A stretch of DNA of 64,000 bases from the IMG/VR virus record IMGVR_UViG_3300029787_005452, positions 121,198-185,197 of that record. The stretch is one strand, 5' to 3'. A model generated the notes under the pieces. The model did no database searches. It saw nothing but the letters and a program-made list of their open reading frames with translations, and was not told the origin of the DNA. The position numbers were made by a program, and so were the translations under genes. The DNA is from a virus. This document shows, in pieces, positions 19,357-30,493 of this stretch; the first letter of the stretch is position 1, and each line of letters begins with the position of its first letter.

Positions 19357-21189
19357 ATGGCAAACGAAAACCTCACAGATTTCACTCTTTCTAAAAAAAG
19401 TTATGCTTCATTTGACGCATTAACGTTAAAACAGCTAATAAAAGATAGGTTAAACGAAGAAGGAGTATTTACCGATCAAATATTTGAAGGTAGTAATATA
19501 TCTTCAATTATTGATATAATTGCTTATTCATACCATACTTTACTATTTTATCTCAATCAATCATCAAATGAAACTTTATTTAATGAAGCTTCTATATATG
19601 AAAATATGAATAGAATAGTTAAACTTATAGATTACAAACCTATAGGTTATCAGACATCATTATTACCGTTTAAAGTTTCAGCAAATGCAAATATTGATAG
19701 AAATTTATACACATTAAAAAGATATTCATTTTTTATAGTTAATGGAACTTATTTTTCATTTAAAAATGATATAACTTTTAATAAAACTTTAACAATAGAT
19801 GAAGAATTAAAATCATTTTCAGAGGATAATTTACTTTTACAGGGTAGGTATTTTGAATACCCACCACAAAGGGCTATAGGGGAAGATTTTGAAATATTTA
19901 CCCTTCTTGTTAAAGATAATATTAATAATGAACCTATCAATATAGAAGATAGTTCAATAGACGTATATGTGTTTGATGTTAAAAATGGTCAATACACTTA
20001 TTATACTGAAACAAATAATCTATTTTTAGAAAACCCCACTTCACCGGTTTATGAAAAAAGATTAAATGAAAATGGTTTTTATGAAATTAAATTTGGTAAT
20101 GGGGTCTTTGGTAAAAAAGTTGCACCTGGTGATCAAGTTTATATATATTATCTAAAAAGTGACGGTGAAAATGGGGTAATAGAAGCTAATGCATTAAATG
20201 GTAAAACTATAAATTATTTTACATCAGTTCAATTTGAAAGCATTGGTAAAGATATATATAAAGATAAAAACTACGAATTTTTAACACCTGATAAATTACA
20301 AGACTTAGCATTTACCAATACGATTGAATCAACCTTTCCTAAAGAAAAAGAAAGCGTTGAAGAAATACAAGTAAATGCGCCGAAATTATTTACTGCGCAA
20401 GATAGACTTGTAACTAATGATGATTTCAATAGTTTTATTACAAAGAATTTTTCAAATATATTAGATTCATATAACGTTGTAAATAACAAAACATTCATAC
20501 AAAGATATATTCAATATTTTTATGATTTAGGTCTTGATACCCCTAATGAAGATCCTAGATTTTTATTTAACCAAGTTAAATTTTCATCATCAGCTGAATT
20601 AAACAATATATACCTTTTTGCTGTACCAAAAATTCGAAATGTAGATGAAAATAACACTTTATCTTTCTTAACGTTATCTCAAAAAAATTCTATTATAAAT
20701 TCTTTAGAAGATAAGAAATTAGTTACAATGGAAATAATTCCACAAGACCCTGTTTATATGGGGTTCAATTTAGGTCTAGAAAAAAACAATACTGAAAAAA
20801 TAAGTACAGATTTTATAGATGATACTTTCCTTGTACTAAAAAGAAAAATTTCAGAAAGAGTAAGTGAAGAAAGTCTAAAACAGCAAACAGATTTAATTTT
20901 TAAAAATTACTTTAAATCTTTAAAACTAGGTGACACAATAAGTTTAAATGAATTAAAAGTTTCAATACTAAGTTTAGATGGTATTGATCGTATTTTTACC
21001 CGAAGAATAAATCCATTAGATGGTACAACTTTAAATGAAACCCCAAATATATCATTAGTAGGGTTTAATGCTATATATTCTGATTTAGATATAAAAATTT
21101 ATTCAAATGATACAGAATTGGACTTTTTCAAATATCCATTCTTATTTAACGGTAACATACGAAATAATATAATAGTAGAAGATGCCTGA
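19357..21189 (+). CDS. gp6: Baseplate wedge protein
   Basis: FEGSNISSIIDIIAY, IKFGNGVFGK, ESVEEIQVNAP...QDRLVTNDDF. Confidence 0.9.
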   Translation: MANENLTDFTLSKKSYASFDALTLKQLIKDRLNEEGVFTDQIFEGSNISSIIDIIAYSYHTLLFYLNQSSNETLFNEASIYENMNRIVKLIDYKPIGYQTSLLPFKVSANANIDRNLYTLKRYSFFIVNGTYFSFKNDITFNKTLTIDEELKSFSEDNLLLQGRYFEYPPQRAIGEDFEIFTLLVKDNINNEPINIEDSSIDVYVFDVKNGQYTYYTETNNLFLENPTSPVYEKRLNENGFYEIKFGNGVFGKKVAPGDQVYIYYLKSDGENGVIEANALNGKTINYFTSVQFESIGKDIYKDKNYEFLTPDKLQDLAFTNTIESTFPKEKESVEEIQVNAPKLFTAQDRLVTNDDFNSFITKNFSNILDSYNVVNNKTFIQRYIQYFYDLGLDTPNEDPRFLFNQVKFSSSAELNNIYLFAVPKIRNVDENNTLSFLTLSQKNSIINSLEDKKLVTMEIIPQDPVYMGFNLGLEKNNTEKISTDFIDDTFLVLKRKISERVSEESLKQQTDLIFKNYFKSLKLGDTISLNELKVSILSLDGIDRIFTRRINPLDGTTLNETPNISLVGFNAIYSDLDIKIYSNDTELDFFKYPFLFNGNIRNNIIVEDA

Positions 21190-22174
21190 TATTAAATACA
21201 ATTTTGACAAAAGTTATGATAATTTATCGAAAATTAGCGTACCAATAAAAGTTTTAGATCATTCATTTAGACGATTTTTAGATAATGTAAAACTATCAGC
21301 ATATGCGGATTTTACTTCAATTAAAGTTGCTCCAGACTTTGATAATGCTGACCTTTCGGTAAGTGATAATAATTACTTTATTGATTTTGGAGATGGTACT
21401 AAATCAACTGAATTAACAGCATCCCACACTTATAAATATCCAGGCTCTTACAATTTAACTTTAGTTGTAACTGATAGTGCTAATAATATTTTTAAAAGTT
21501 CAGATAGCAAATTAGTTGAAGTTACTAACTTAATACCAGATAGTATATTTTTAAATTATCTATCAGCAACTGATGTTGAGCAACATTATTCAGCTTTTAG
21601 CGTAGACCCTATATTTTTAACTCGATACAACTCTAAAAGTATGTCACAATTATTATCTACTAATAATTATAAAATAGACTTATCAGTCGAGGGTAATAGA
21701 ATGGCTTTTGTTACCGAAGATCAATATAATAGTAATAAAAATTTTCATCTTGAAGGCTGTAGTTTTTTTGCAAATACTAGGGGTAAAGATTTTAAGGTAA
21801 TTGATGGAGTTGAAACTAATAGTGTTAATATATTTGCTGGTATTAGTGGTGGTGAAATAATTATTAAAACTGAAAAAGCAGATGATATCTCTAATATATT
21901 TGTTGGTACATCTGGCTTTGGTACTTTTTACTATTATGAAGATATATTAGAATTCGATGCAGATAGTGACATAAATAGTATTTTTATCAACGTACCAGTA
22001 GACCCACCACCGTTCGAATTTGTACCAGACCCTGAGATTGTTCGTTTACCACCAGAAGTCGTTTCCCTACCGGTTGATCCTACATCAGATGACGATGGCC
22101 GTGTCCTTTTAGTAGATTCTGAAAACGAGTTTGTGGTAGATGATTCAGGAGATAATATAGAAATTAATGAATAA
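21182..22174 (+). CDS. PKD-domain virion protein
   Basis: YFIDFGDGT...ASHTYKYPGSYNLTLVVTD is the PKD signature; Pro-rich tail. Confidence 0.75.
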   Translation: MPDIKYNFDKSYDNLSKISVPIKVLDHSFRRFLDNVKLSAYADFTSIKVAPDFDNADLSVSDNNYFIDFGDGTKSTELTASHTYKYPGSYNLTLVVTDSANNIFKSSDSKLVEVTNLIPDSIFLNYLSATDVEQHYSAFSVDPIFLTRYNSKSMSQLLSTNNYKIDLSVEGNRMAFVTEDQYNSNKNFHLEGCSFFANTRGKDFKVIDGVETNSVNIFAGISGGEIIIKTEKADDISNIFVGTSGFGTFYYYEDILEFDADSDINSIFINVPVDPPPFEFVPDPEIVRLPPEVVSLPVDPTSDDDGRVLLVDSENEFVVDDSGDNIEINE

Positions 22175-22225
22175 TATTATTATATAGAATCTTGATATAA
22201 TATATTTTTGCTATATAATAACAAT

Positions 22226-22732
22226 ATGGCTTCAGATAGAGTTAGTAAAGAAGTAAGTGAATTATGCCCTATACCATCTCATACGTGGTATTGGAAACCA
22301 GCGTCAGTGATACTCGAGCGACCAACAGTTAAGAGTAATCTTGATAAAGTAGCGTTAAATGAACCGTTAATGGAAAATCTTAAAAAGGAGTCAATTAAAA
22401 ATCCTTTTTTATGCCTTTCAAACTGGTGGCCTTTAGTTGGTAGTCAGAGACTAAGAGCTATTAGGGAGATAAGAGAAAACGATAAAGATTATGATCCACT
22501 TCTACAATTAGCTGTCTTTGATAAGCCATATGAAAATGTATGGCATTTATGGGGTGATAAAAAATTTAGATCTAAAGCTTCTGCTATACAGTATCAACTA
22601 TGGGAACTAGTATTTAAGAGTCAGTGGCATTCTGTACCATTAACTGAAGATGGTATTGATATGAAATATTACGAAACGCTCGGTGACCAGCTATCGGGGT
22701 GGAGCGAGGTAACTAATCCTTCGGAAACTTAG
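22226..22732 (+). CDS. ParB/Srx-like N-terminal domain protein
   Basis: ENLKKESIKNPFL...LVGSQRLRAI resembles the ParB-N GxxRxxA motif; ATG 22226 lies 6 nt after TATAAT. Confidence 0.4.
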   Translation: MASDRVSKEVSELCPIPSHTWYWKPASVILERPTVKSNLDKVALNEPLMENLKKESIKNPFLCLSNWWPLVGSQRLRAIREIRENDKDYDPLLQLAVFDKPYENVWHLWGDKKFRSKASAIQYQLWELVFKSQWHSVPLTEDGIDMKYYETLGDQLSGWSEVTNPSET

Positions 22733-22964
22733 CTTTAATAGCTTTTCTATGATCTATCTTAACTTGATCACCTTTAAGATCAATATCAATATTATACTGG
22801 GTGGATAAGGTGTCAATTATTGTAGATAAAATATCATATATATGCCCAATGTCTGCATCGGATGCTTCAGGGTAATGCAATTCTCTTTTCGCATAATAAG
22901 GAAGATTATCAAAATTACCCGATATTGCACCCCAGTCGGTGTTTTGTTTATTTTTGAATGACAT
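22713..22964 (-). CDS. Hypothetical protein
   Basis: ORF track; TAAATA 9 nt upstream. Confidence 0.5.
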   Translation of the reverse strand: MSFKNKQNTDWGAISGNFDNLPYYAKRELHYPEASDADIGHIYDILSTIIDTLSTQYNIDIDLKGDQVKIDHRKAIKAKFPKD

Positions 22965-22979
22965 ATGTTTAATTATTTA

Positions 22980-24602
22980 TTAATAAGCGTTGTAGCTGAA
23001 TGGCCAGTAATCATTTGCAGAGGTTGTATCTAATAAGCTTTGCATACTTCTATTTGTATTGGTAAGAGTTCCGGAAGCGTTTATTATTAATCTCATATCA
23101 GTTGATGCTTTAATTTTTATACCTATTGTATCAGATTCGGCAAAGGCTTGGTATGGACCCCCGGCTACTGAATTTCTAATAGCAAAGTAAGGGTATACAT
23201 GAATATATCTATTTGTGTTGAATAAATTTGCTGGAGATATAAGATTAACATTAGCTAATGTATAATCGACTTTGGCTACTGGAAACACCGGGTTTGAGAT
23301 TTGGAAGAAGGTCCCCTGGCCACTTCCTTGAACATTCACAAAATCAGTTAAAGAATCTGACGGAGTCGCTAAAAATCCTATATTGCATAATCCATTTATA
23401 GCAGCAAGGTTTTGTATATTTGTATAATCAACTTCAAATGTAATGTTATATAATCTTATACCGGTAACTGCAGATGGTCCTGACACATGGTCAAGTAAAT
23501 CGATGGTAAACATTGAAGCAGCAGCGCGCCGAGCTATAAAATCTCCTACTGTATATTCACCAGCAAAAGGGGCTATTGTGTTACCAACACCTATTACCGA
23601 TGAGTATACATCACCCGTTCCTCTAGAATATGTACCAATTGCTTTTTCAGTAGTAGCCCCGGAATAAGTTATATCACCAGTCGGAGTATAATTAGCTGTT
23701 GATGGTACACTTTTAATAGCTAATTTACCATCTTGAATAGATAGGGTATCATCATCAACAACTACTTCTAATTCACCGGTATCAGAGTTAGATGTTAATG
23801 CTTTGCCGTCAGAAAATTTTATCATATTACCGGTGATAATATCATCTCTTGCAACTAAAGTATTAGCTATAATAGTACCTGTGTTACCTTCTAGATAAAA
23901 TCCTTGTGTACCGAGAACTATTACCCCTGTACCTGAATTATATGAACCATCAAAGTTTTTACTCTGTATTGAACCAGTAATAATAGCATTAGAAGATATA
24001 GATTGAGCGGTAATAATATTTGATGCTATCATTGATTCAGATGCTATAGTACCATTAGATATTTTATCAGCTGTAATTGCATTAGCTGCTAGGGTATCAG
24101 CTGTAATTGCATTAGCTGCTAGGGTATCAGTTGTAATACTATTCGCTGCTATTTGATCGGCTGTAATTACATTCGCTGCTATTTGATCAGCTGTAATTAT
24201 ATTGGCTGCTAGGGTATCAGTTGTAATACTATTCGCTGCTATTTGATCAACTGTAATACTATTTGATGCTATGCTATCACTTGTAATATTATTTGCTGCT
24301 ATTTCATCAGCTGTAATTGCATTAGAAGCAATATCATTACTTGTAATTGCATTTGCTGCTATCTTGTCAGCTGTAACACTATTGGCTTGTAGGTGTCTAG
24401 AGGCAATTGCCAAGTCAGCGATCTTATCTTCTACAATTGCATTTTTGTTAATCTCACCAGTGTTTATAGAATTTTCATGAATAAAATCATCTACCGAGAC
24501 TGAACGGGTTTTATTGATGCCTGATTTAACTACTAGCAATTTATCAGACCCATCAATTTGCCTTGTTATCTGAACATCTTGTATTTGTTTAACGTTTGCC
24601 AT
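22980..24602 (-). CDS. Tail fibre-like protein with 10-aa repeats
   Basis: (S/A)IT(A/T)DxIAAN repeats; shared fibre N-terminal module; late promoter. Confidence 0.7.
   Translation of the reverse strand: MANVKQIQDVQITRQIDGSDKLLVVKSGINKTRSVSVDDFIHENSINTGEINKNAIVEDKIADLAIASRHLQANSVTADKIAANAITSNDIASNAITADEIAANNITSDSIASNSITVDQIAANSITTDTLAANIITADQIAANVITADQIAANSITTDTLAANAITADTLAANAITADKISNGTIASESMIASNIITAQSISSNAIITGSIQSKNFDGSYNSGTGVIVLGTQGFYLEGNTGTIIANTLVARDDIITGNMIKFSDGKALTSNSDTGELEVVVDDDTLSIQDGKLAIKSVPSTANYTPTGDITYSGATTEKAIGTYSRGTGDVYSSVIGVGNTIAPFAGEYTVGDFIARRAAASMFTIDLLDHVSGPSAVTGIRLYNITFEVDYTNIQNLAAINGLCNIGFLATPSDSLTDFVNVQGSGQGTFFQISNPVFPVAKVDYTLANVNLISPANLFNTNRYIHVYPYFAIRNSVAGGPYQAFAESDTIGIKIKASTDMRLIINASGTLTNTNRSMQSLLDTTSANDYWPFSYNAY
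24066..24395. repeat. 30-bp coding tandem repeat, about 11 copies
   Basis: Unit ATCAGCTGTAATTGCATTAGCTGCTAGGGT and variants, in frame within the fibre gene. Confidence 0.9.
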
Positions 24603-24647
24603 TTAAATTATTTAATCGTTATTTACTCCGATTAATTAAATAATTTT

Positions 24648-26213
24648 ATGCCATTTGCAGGTAACAGAACTATTTTTGCTAATTTTAATTTAAAAGGTCT
24701 ACAAGACCCTGAGTCTAATTATTATAATTACAATGAAGATCAATTTAATGTACTAAATAATGTTTCTGAGTCATTAACTTTAAGGGTTGATAAATCTCAT
24801 ACTCCTTTTTCTTTATCATTTACAACGAATGGAGTAGATGGTATAGGTTTTAGTGATGATACTTTCAGTTTAAATAAGTTCTATTTTCAAAATCAAAAAA
24901 TTTATTTTACCATCCGGGTTAAAAGTATATTTAATACACCAATAAAATATCTACCTAAGTTAGTAATAGGTACTAACAATAATCAATTATCTTTAAGTGC
25001 TACTAGTAATGGTAAATATGTAGATACCTTTTTTTACAGTAATACAATTATTATAGATGATAAAGCAGGTGGATATTTTAAAGGTTATATTATTTTAGAT
25101 AAACCATATGATAATGTAAAACTAACAGGTGAAGTAAAAACTACTGTAGAAAATGTTAATGAATTTGCAACTAATGCTGGTAACGGGGTCGTGACTGGAG
25201 ATTCTTCACTATTTAACGTTTACCCGATTAAGGGTAAAAATATATATAGAAAAATAAATGAAGATAATGATCAGAAAGAAAATTACAAAAAATTGATATT
25301 TCAAAATATTTTAACTGATAAGAATAATTTCTTTGATAATTTTCTAGGGACAATGGTAGGAGATATTAGCGGAGATCCAAATAATTTAGGTACTAAAATT
25401 TATGAAAAGATTAGCAATATGCCTTCAAATATTGCAGATGTAAATTATAGCAATGTTAGATCTTTAATAAGTATGCTAGAATCTACTGATATAGATGTAG
25501 AAAAATACTTTATAAGTATACCACCTAGCCTTCAAAGAATTGTAGATAATCTATCTGTACCAGCTTCATTGCAAATTGGGTCAATTAATAATTTTAATGA
25601 AAATTTTGATAGTAAAGGCTATGAAAATTCTAAAATTTATGGTACTAATAAAGGAGCAGAGTTAGACTTTAACACAACTGAATTAAAAACTGGCCCCGAC
25701 TCAAAACCTATAGTAGCATATGAAAAATTTAGCGAAAACTATACATTACTAGATACTAATTTATTAAGTACTAATGATTTTCGATATAATAATATTAATT
25801 CAAATACATATAGTCTATCTGACTATAATAGGTCATGGGGTTGGAATTTATTAGTACCTCAAGATATATTTGATAATAGAAACCCTATTGCTTTTGAAAC
25901 AAATACATTTAGCAATAAAGGGGTAAGTTTAAGCAGTTCAAGATTTAAATTACAAGATAATATTTGGAGATTATTAGACCAAAAATTTGATACGATCAAA
26001 GGTGATCCAAATAATATTAAAAATTTCTATAAATTTTATGAATATATAGAAGGTGTAGATGGGTCTTACGAGCAAAAATTTATAGATTATAATAACCCAG
26101 CTACGAAGTTTGAAACTATAACAGCATATAGTCAATTTGAAGATGAAGGTGGTTTAATAGATCAGTTTGTTATGCAAAATATATATACTGGTTTATCTCT
26201 TTTATCTTCATAA
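24648..26213 (+). CDS. Hypothetical virion/baseplate-peripheral protein
   Basis: 521 aa, late promoter 24637-24642, structural context. Confidence 0.5.
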   Translation: MPFAGNRTIFANFNLKGLQDPESNYYNYNEDQFNVLNNVSESLTLRVDKSHTPFSLSFTTNGVDGIGFSDDTFSLNKFYFQNQKIYFTIRVKSIFNTPIKYLPKLVIGTNNNQLSLSATSNGKYVDTFFYSNTIIIDDKAGGYFKGYIILDKPYDNVKLTGEVKTTVENVNEFATNAGNGVVTGDSSLFNVYPIKGKNIYRKINEDNDQKENYKKLIFQNILTDKNNFFDNFLGTMVGDISGDPNNLGTKIYEKISNMPSNIADVNYSNVRSLISMLESTDIDVEKYFISIPPSLQRIVDNLSVPASLQIGSINNFNENFDSKGYENSKIYGTNKGAELDFNTTELKTGPDSKPIVAYEKFSENYTLLDTNLLSTNDFRYNNINSNTYSLSDYNRSWGWNLLVPQDIFDNRNPIAFETNTFSNKGVSLSSSRFKLQDNIWRLLDQKFDTIKGDPNNIKNFYKFYEYIEGVDGSYEQKFIDYNNPATKFETITAYSQFEDEGGLIDQFVMQNIYTGLSLLSS

Positions 26214-26221
26214 ATTATAGT

Positions 26222-27031
26222 ATGTTTACGGTAGGTATTGCTACTTATGATGATTATTCAGGTCTTTATTATACTATACAATCGATCCGTTTATTTCACC
26301 CATTAGTTACTGAAGTTGTTGTAATCGATAATAACCCCGAATCAAATGATGGTAAATTAAATGAAAAATTGTGTAACCATAAAAGTAATTTAAAGATACA
26401 ATATATAAAATATACAGAAAAGAAGACTTCATTTTGTAAAGAAGAAGCTTTTAAATATGCATCCAATGAATACGTTGTTATTTGTGATAGTCATATTTTA
26501 TTCCTTCCTAATGCTTTTGAAAAATTGAAAAAGTTTTACGAAAATGGTCATAAAAAATATGATTTTGTCCAAGGCCCATTAATTTATGATGATGGTAAAA
26601 CTATTAGCACCCATTTAGATTCAGAATGGGGTTCTAATTTTTATGGTAAATGGCAAACTAAAATAACTAATGATGAATGGTTTGAAATTGAAGCGCAAGG
26701 TATGGGAGTATTTTCATGTAAAAAAAATGAATGGTTAGGTTTTAATAAGTTATTTACAGGTTTTGGAGGGGAAGAACACTATATACATGAAAAGTACAGG
26801 CAAGCAGGGGGTAGATGTATATGTGTCAATGATTTTAGATGGATGCATAGATTTGATAGACCAGAAGGGGCACCTTTTCCTAATATTTTAGAAGATAGAT
26901 TTAGAAATTATATCATTGGTCGAATAGAATTAAATTTAGAATATCAAGATGTTATATTTGCATTTTCTGATAAATTACATGCATTTTCAATGCATAAAAT
27001 AATACAAGAGGTAAAAATGTGCATTGCATAA
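26222..27031 (+). CDS. Glycosyltransferase family 2
   Basis: FTVGIATYD...VVVIDN...VVICDSH (DxD-like)...FTGFGGEE. Confidence 0.85.
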   Translation: MFTVGIATYDDYSGLYYTIQSIRLFHPLVTEVVVIDNNPESNDGKLNEKLCNHKSNLKIQYIKYTEKKTSFCKEEAFKYASNEYVVICDSHILFLPNAFEKLKKFYENGHKKYDFVQGPLIYDDGKTISTHLDSEWGSNFYGKWQTKITNDEWFEIEAQGMGVFSCKKNEWLGFNKLFTGFGGEEHYIHEKYRQAGGRCICVNDFRWMHRFDRPEGAPFPNILEDRFRNYIIGRIELNLEYQDVIFAFSDKLHAFSMHKIIQEVKMCIA

Positions 27032-27052
27032 GTTTTAATATAAATACTTTAT

Positions 27053-28825
27053 ATGGCAGATGATTTAGATTTTTTCAATAAAGAGTTTGACTCGTTAAAC
27101 AGAAATGATATTTTCTATACTGAAACTCACCCTGTTTGTTCTAATAACTTTTTAGATTTCAATCAAGCCTTAATTGATGTTATAAATGAAAAAAATATTA
27201 CTTTAAGTGAATTAAGTGCTATACAAGGACCATTTGTAACATTTAATGAATTAGATGTAAATTTATTAGATAGGTCTGATTATATTGATTATACAAAAGA
27301 TGGGGAAAATAATTTAAAACTTCCTTTTGACAATCAATTAGTTGCTAAAACTATCGGAACTGATTATTACTATTTATCAACTGATAGCCAATATAATTCA
27401 GTATCCGGTATAATGTTTGAAGCAACTAATAAAGTTAATAATTTACTTAATATTAATCACCCTACTACGCTATCTATTTCAACGTCTTCACAAGTATTTG
27501 AAAGAGATATATCTTATTATTTTAGACCTACTGATTTTTCAGTATTAAAAATGCAAGGTGAATTTGATTTTGTTAAAAAAGATAATTTAAAAGATAATAA
27601 CGTTTATATGTTTCCAGATCCTAATAATTATGGTAGCGTTAGTTGGTTAGGTAAATCTCCAAGACCTAGCCCTTTTGATTTTATTTTAAAAGAAGACATT
27701 TACAAAAATAAATCTTCTTCATTCGGTGTAAAAAATACAAAAAGTACAAATAAAAATCAAAATTTTTATTCATATGATACATTAGAACAAAAACGATATA
27801 AGCCTAATTATTTAAGTTCATTTCCAACTAAATACCCTGAAAAATTTAATAATGGTATTATTGAAAATGTTAACTACGATATATATGGTAATGAATTTAT
27901 TGAATACATTAACACAAAAAGTGTTATTGAAAATAAAAATAATGATTCTTATATACAAGACAGAACCATTTTTACAGGTAGTAATACTATAGTAGATCAA
28001 GAAAATGTTAATGGTACAATTGAAACTAAAAAAGATTTTTTAACTAATAAACTTTCCGTTAAAAACGTTTTTACTTTTAATTTATCTTCCAATAAGTTTG
28101 AACCTATTAGTGCTGCTTTTAATGACGTATTTAAAAAATACAATTATGATGAAAAGCTATATGACGAACTTAACAACTCTATTATTAATATAAATTTATA
28201 TGAGGATGTTTTTTCAATTACCACACCATCATATAATGTAATTGATAGTTATGTTTATAATGGTGAATTTATACAAGATGATTTCCACCCATTAATATTA
28301 GAATACGGTTCAGATGATTCTTTCTTTAATAAAGTATCTAATGATTATTTGATCGGTAGCAAAATTTATAAAGTTGAGACATCATTGCTACCTCAAGCAT
28401 CTGCAACAAATGATATTTTAATTTATGAAATATACAACTATGATATAACTACAAATAAAATAGACAAAATATTAGATAAAAATAAAAAAAGTAATAATGC
28501 AACGTATTATGATAATTTTAATTTTGATTTGCCAGTCAAACCAAAATATATTAAAAATATAAATATTACATATAGTTCTAAACTTGAGGTATTTAATATA
28601 ACTACTCAGATAAATGACCTATGTGATAATTTTTATATAAACAGTGTATTATATAAAGTTATAGATGATGTATTTTATTTTTATGAAAATGATTTTTACC
28701 AACCTGATAACTTTTTTGCCACTACTAATTTTTATTTATCAGGGGACTTTACTAGAGCTTATACATTTGCATCTTTAAGCGGGTCCCCAACTCAAGATAA
28801 ACTTAACGGAATTTTATACTTATAA
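27053..28825 (+). CDS. Hypothetical virion protein
   Basis: 590 aa, TATAAATA-N6-ATG. Confidence 0.5.
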   Translation: MADDLDFFNKEFDSLNRNDIFYTETHPVCSNNFLDFNQALIDVINEKNITLSELSAIQGPFVTFNELDVNLLDRSDYIDYTKDGENNLKLPFDNQLVAKTIGTDYYYLSTDSQYNSVSGIMFEATNKVNNLLNINHPTTLSISTSSQVFERDISYYFRPTDFSVLKMQGEFDFVKKDNLKDNNVYMFPDPNNYGSVSWLGKSPRPSPFDFILKEDIYKNKSSSFGVKNTKSTNKNQNFYSYDTLEQKRYKPNYLSSFPTKYPEKFNNGIIENVNYDIYGNEFIEYINTKSVIENKNNDSYIQDRTIFTGSNTIVDQENVNGTIETKKDFLTNKLSVKNVFTFNLSSNKFEPISAAFNDVFKKYNYDEKLYDELNNSIININLYEDVFSITTPSYNVIDSYVYNGEFIQDDFHPLILEYGSDDSFFNKVSNDYLIGSKIYKVETSLLPQASATNDILIYEIYNYDITTNKIDKILDKNKKSNNATYYDNFNFDLPVKPKYIKNINITYSSKLEVFNITTQINDLCDNFYINSVLYKVIDDVFYFYENDFYQPDNFFATTNFYLSGDFTRAYTFASLSGSPTQDKLNGILYL

Positions 28826-29457
28826 TGGAATTTAATAAAACAGTTAAAATAGAAAGCGACTTTCCTTTTGTAAGTGAATCAAGCGTTAAAATATTTTCAG
28901 TTTCAGACATTACTACTGTTACTTTTGATATAAACGGGGTAGCTAAATATCAAGGTTCTAACTATAATTTAGGTATTTTGAAAACTATAGCTCATTACGG
29001 TGATAATGAAATAGAGATTATACCTAGTCAGTTGAACCCCACTACGCTAGGTTTTGAACCAGTCAGTTCATTTGATCATACTTATCATGTAGATACAGAA
29101 GATAGTAACCTATTAGGAAAACTTGAATTTAAATATAAAAATGGTGAGACACATACTGTATTTTTATCAGTATTTACATCTCAAAGTAATAATATAGATT
29201 TAGAGCTTTATACAGCCAATAATCAATCATTTTTTAGCAATGGTGAAGTAAGAGAATTAATAAACTTTACTAATCATGAAAATACCTTATATAGTATGGC
29301 ATATACACCTACCCCTCTGTATAAATTTGATGATAAAACTGGTAGTATAGAATTCTTTACTTTAACAGGTGCAGGTAATTTCTTAGCAACTGAAGATGGT
29401 ACCCCTATACTGTTGAAAGGATTTAGCTACAATGACCTATTTATAAATGTAACTTAA
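28825..29457 (+). CDS. Hypothetical virion protein
   Basis: TAATG coupling; C-terminal FLATEDGTPILL motif. Confidence 0.5.
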   Translation: MEFNKTVKIESDFPFVSESSVKIFSVSDITTVTFDINGVAKYQGSNYNLGILKTIAHYGDNEIEIIPSQLNPTTLGFEPVSSFDHTYHVDTEDSNLLGKLEFKYKNGETHTVFLSVFTSQSNNIDLELYTANNQSFFSNGEVRELINFTNHENTLYSMAYTPTPLYKFDDKTGSIEFFTLTGAGNFLATEDGTPILLKGFSYNDLFINVT

Positions 29458-30080
29458 ACTAATTTTACGTTAAAACAAATAGTAATTCTTAATTCATCTG
29501 ATTCGTTCTTTTTTACTCTGTGATAAGTTTCACTGGGAAAAACAATTAGATCATCTTGAATTACTTCAGGGGTATATTCTTCTTCCAAATAATCTACATT
29601 TTTATATTTTGCATTCTTTTTAGTGTAGTATCTATTCAACACTCTTCTATTATTACAAAATGTTACTGAGTTATGTAATTTAGGGTCAAATTTAAAAAAA
29701 TGAATACATGAAAAATTTTTTTCATGAGCACCATTTGCATGTTGATGAATTGTAGCTTCTTTACCTTTATCATAAGCATTATACCATATCTCATCTATTT
29801 TTACTTTATAATCAATACTTAAATTTTCTTTATTATAATCATTTAAATTTTTTTCATATATAGGTATTATTTTTTCATAATTTATTTTTTTTAAACCTTC
29901 TAAATCGGTAGTAGTTCTATTTTCATCAGTATTAACTCCCCACCAGGTACAATTATTATTTTTTAAATTATAATTATAGATAATATCATTTAAAATTTCA
30001 TCTCTAACCAACTTAAAGTCATCCTTTAAATTTTTTTTTAAGAAAAATGGACTAAAAAAATTTATTTTTTTAAAGCTCAT
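29454..30080 (-). CDS. 2OG-Fe(II) oxygenase (TIGR02466-like)
   Basis: WYNAY...HQH...FSCIHF...DLIVFPSETYHRV...RITICFNV; start placed at MSFKK (30080), overlapping the upstream stop. Confidence 0.8.
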   Translation of the reverse strand: MSFKKINFFSPFFLKKNLKDDFKLVRDEILNDIIYNYNLKNNNCTWWGVNTDENRTTTDLEGLKKINYEKIIPIYEKNLNDYNKENLSIDYKVKIDEIWYNAYDKGKEATIHQHANGAHEKNFSCIHFFKFDPKLHNSVTFCNNRRVLNRYYTKKNAKYKNVDYLEEEYTPEVIQDDLIVFPSETYHRVKKNESDELRITICFNVKLV

Positions 30081-30489
30081 ATAGGTTATCATAATCATTC
30101 TGCGTGAATGATGTATCATATAAATCTTCAAAAAATGCAGAAGCTCCTTCGTAATACGTTATTACTTCTTCAGCTGATAAACTATTTTTAAATAAATTAT
30201 ATCTTTTACTTATTATATTAAATCTTGTACCTAAATTACTTTCAATAAGAGGTATATAGGTATTTTTCAATTCAGATCCTGATAAACTTAATATATTATT
30301 ATTAGCGTCTTTAAATTCTATTTCATCATTAATATTTGATATCATTTTTAATCTTACTAATGAAGCATCATCAACATCAAAAGGAATACTATCAATCGTT
30401 AAGGGTGAATTTTCAAAAATACCTTTTAATTCACGCAAGTTTTCATTATCTAAATAAATTGTTTCTATTAATTTAATATCTATATTCAT
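30070..30489 (-). CDS. Fibre-associated protein (possible assembly chaperone)
   Basis: Third gene of the DUF1983 fibre cluster; no firm motif. Confidence 0.45.
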   Translation of the reverse strand: MNIDIKLIETIYLDNENLRELKGIFENSPLTIDSIPFDVDDASLVRLKMISNINDEIEFKDANNNILSLSGSELKNTYIPLIESNLGTRFNIISKRYNLFKNSLSAEEVITYYEGASAFFEDLYDTSFTQNDYDNLYEL

Positions 30490-30493
30490 TTTA

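Noticed and set aside
24066-24395. 30-bp tandem repeats as a CRISPR array
   Set aside because: No unique spacers; the repeats are in frame within a fibre gene; no cas genes.
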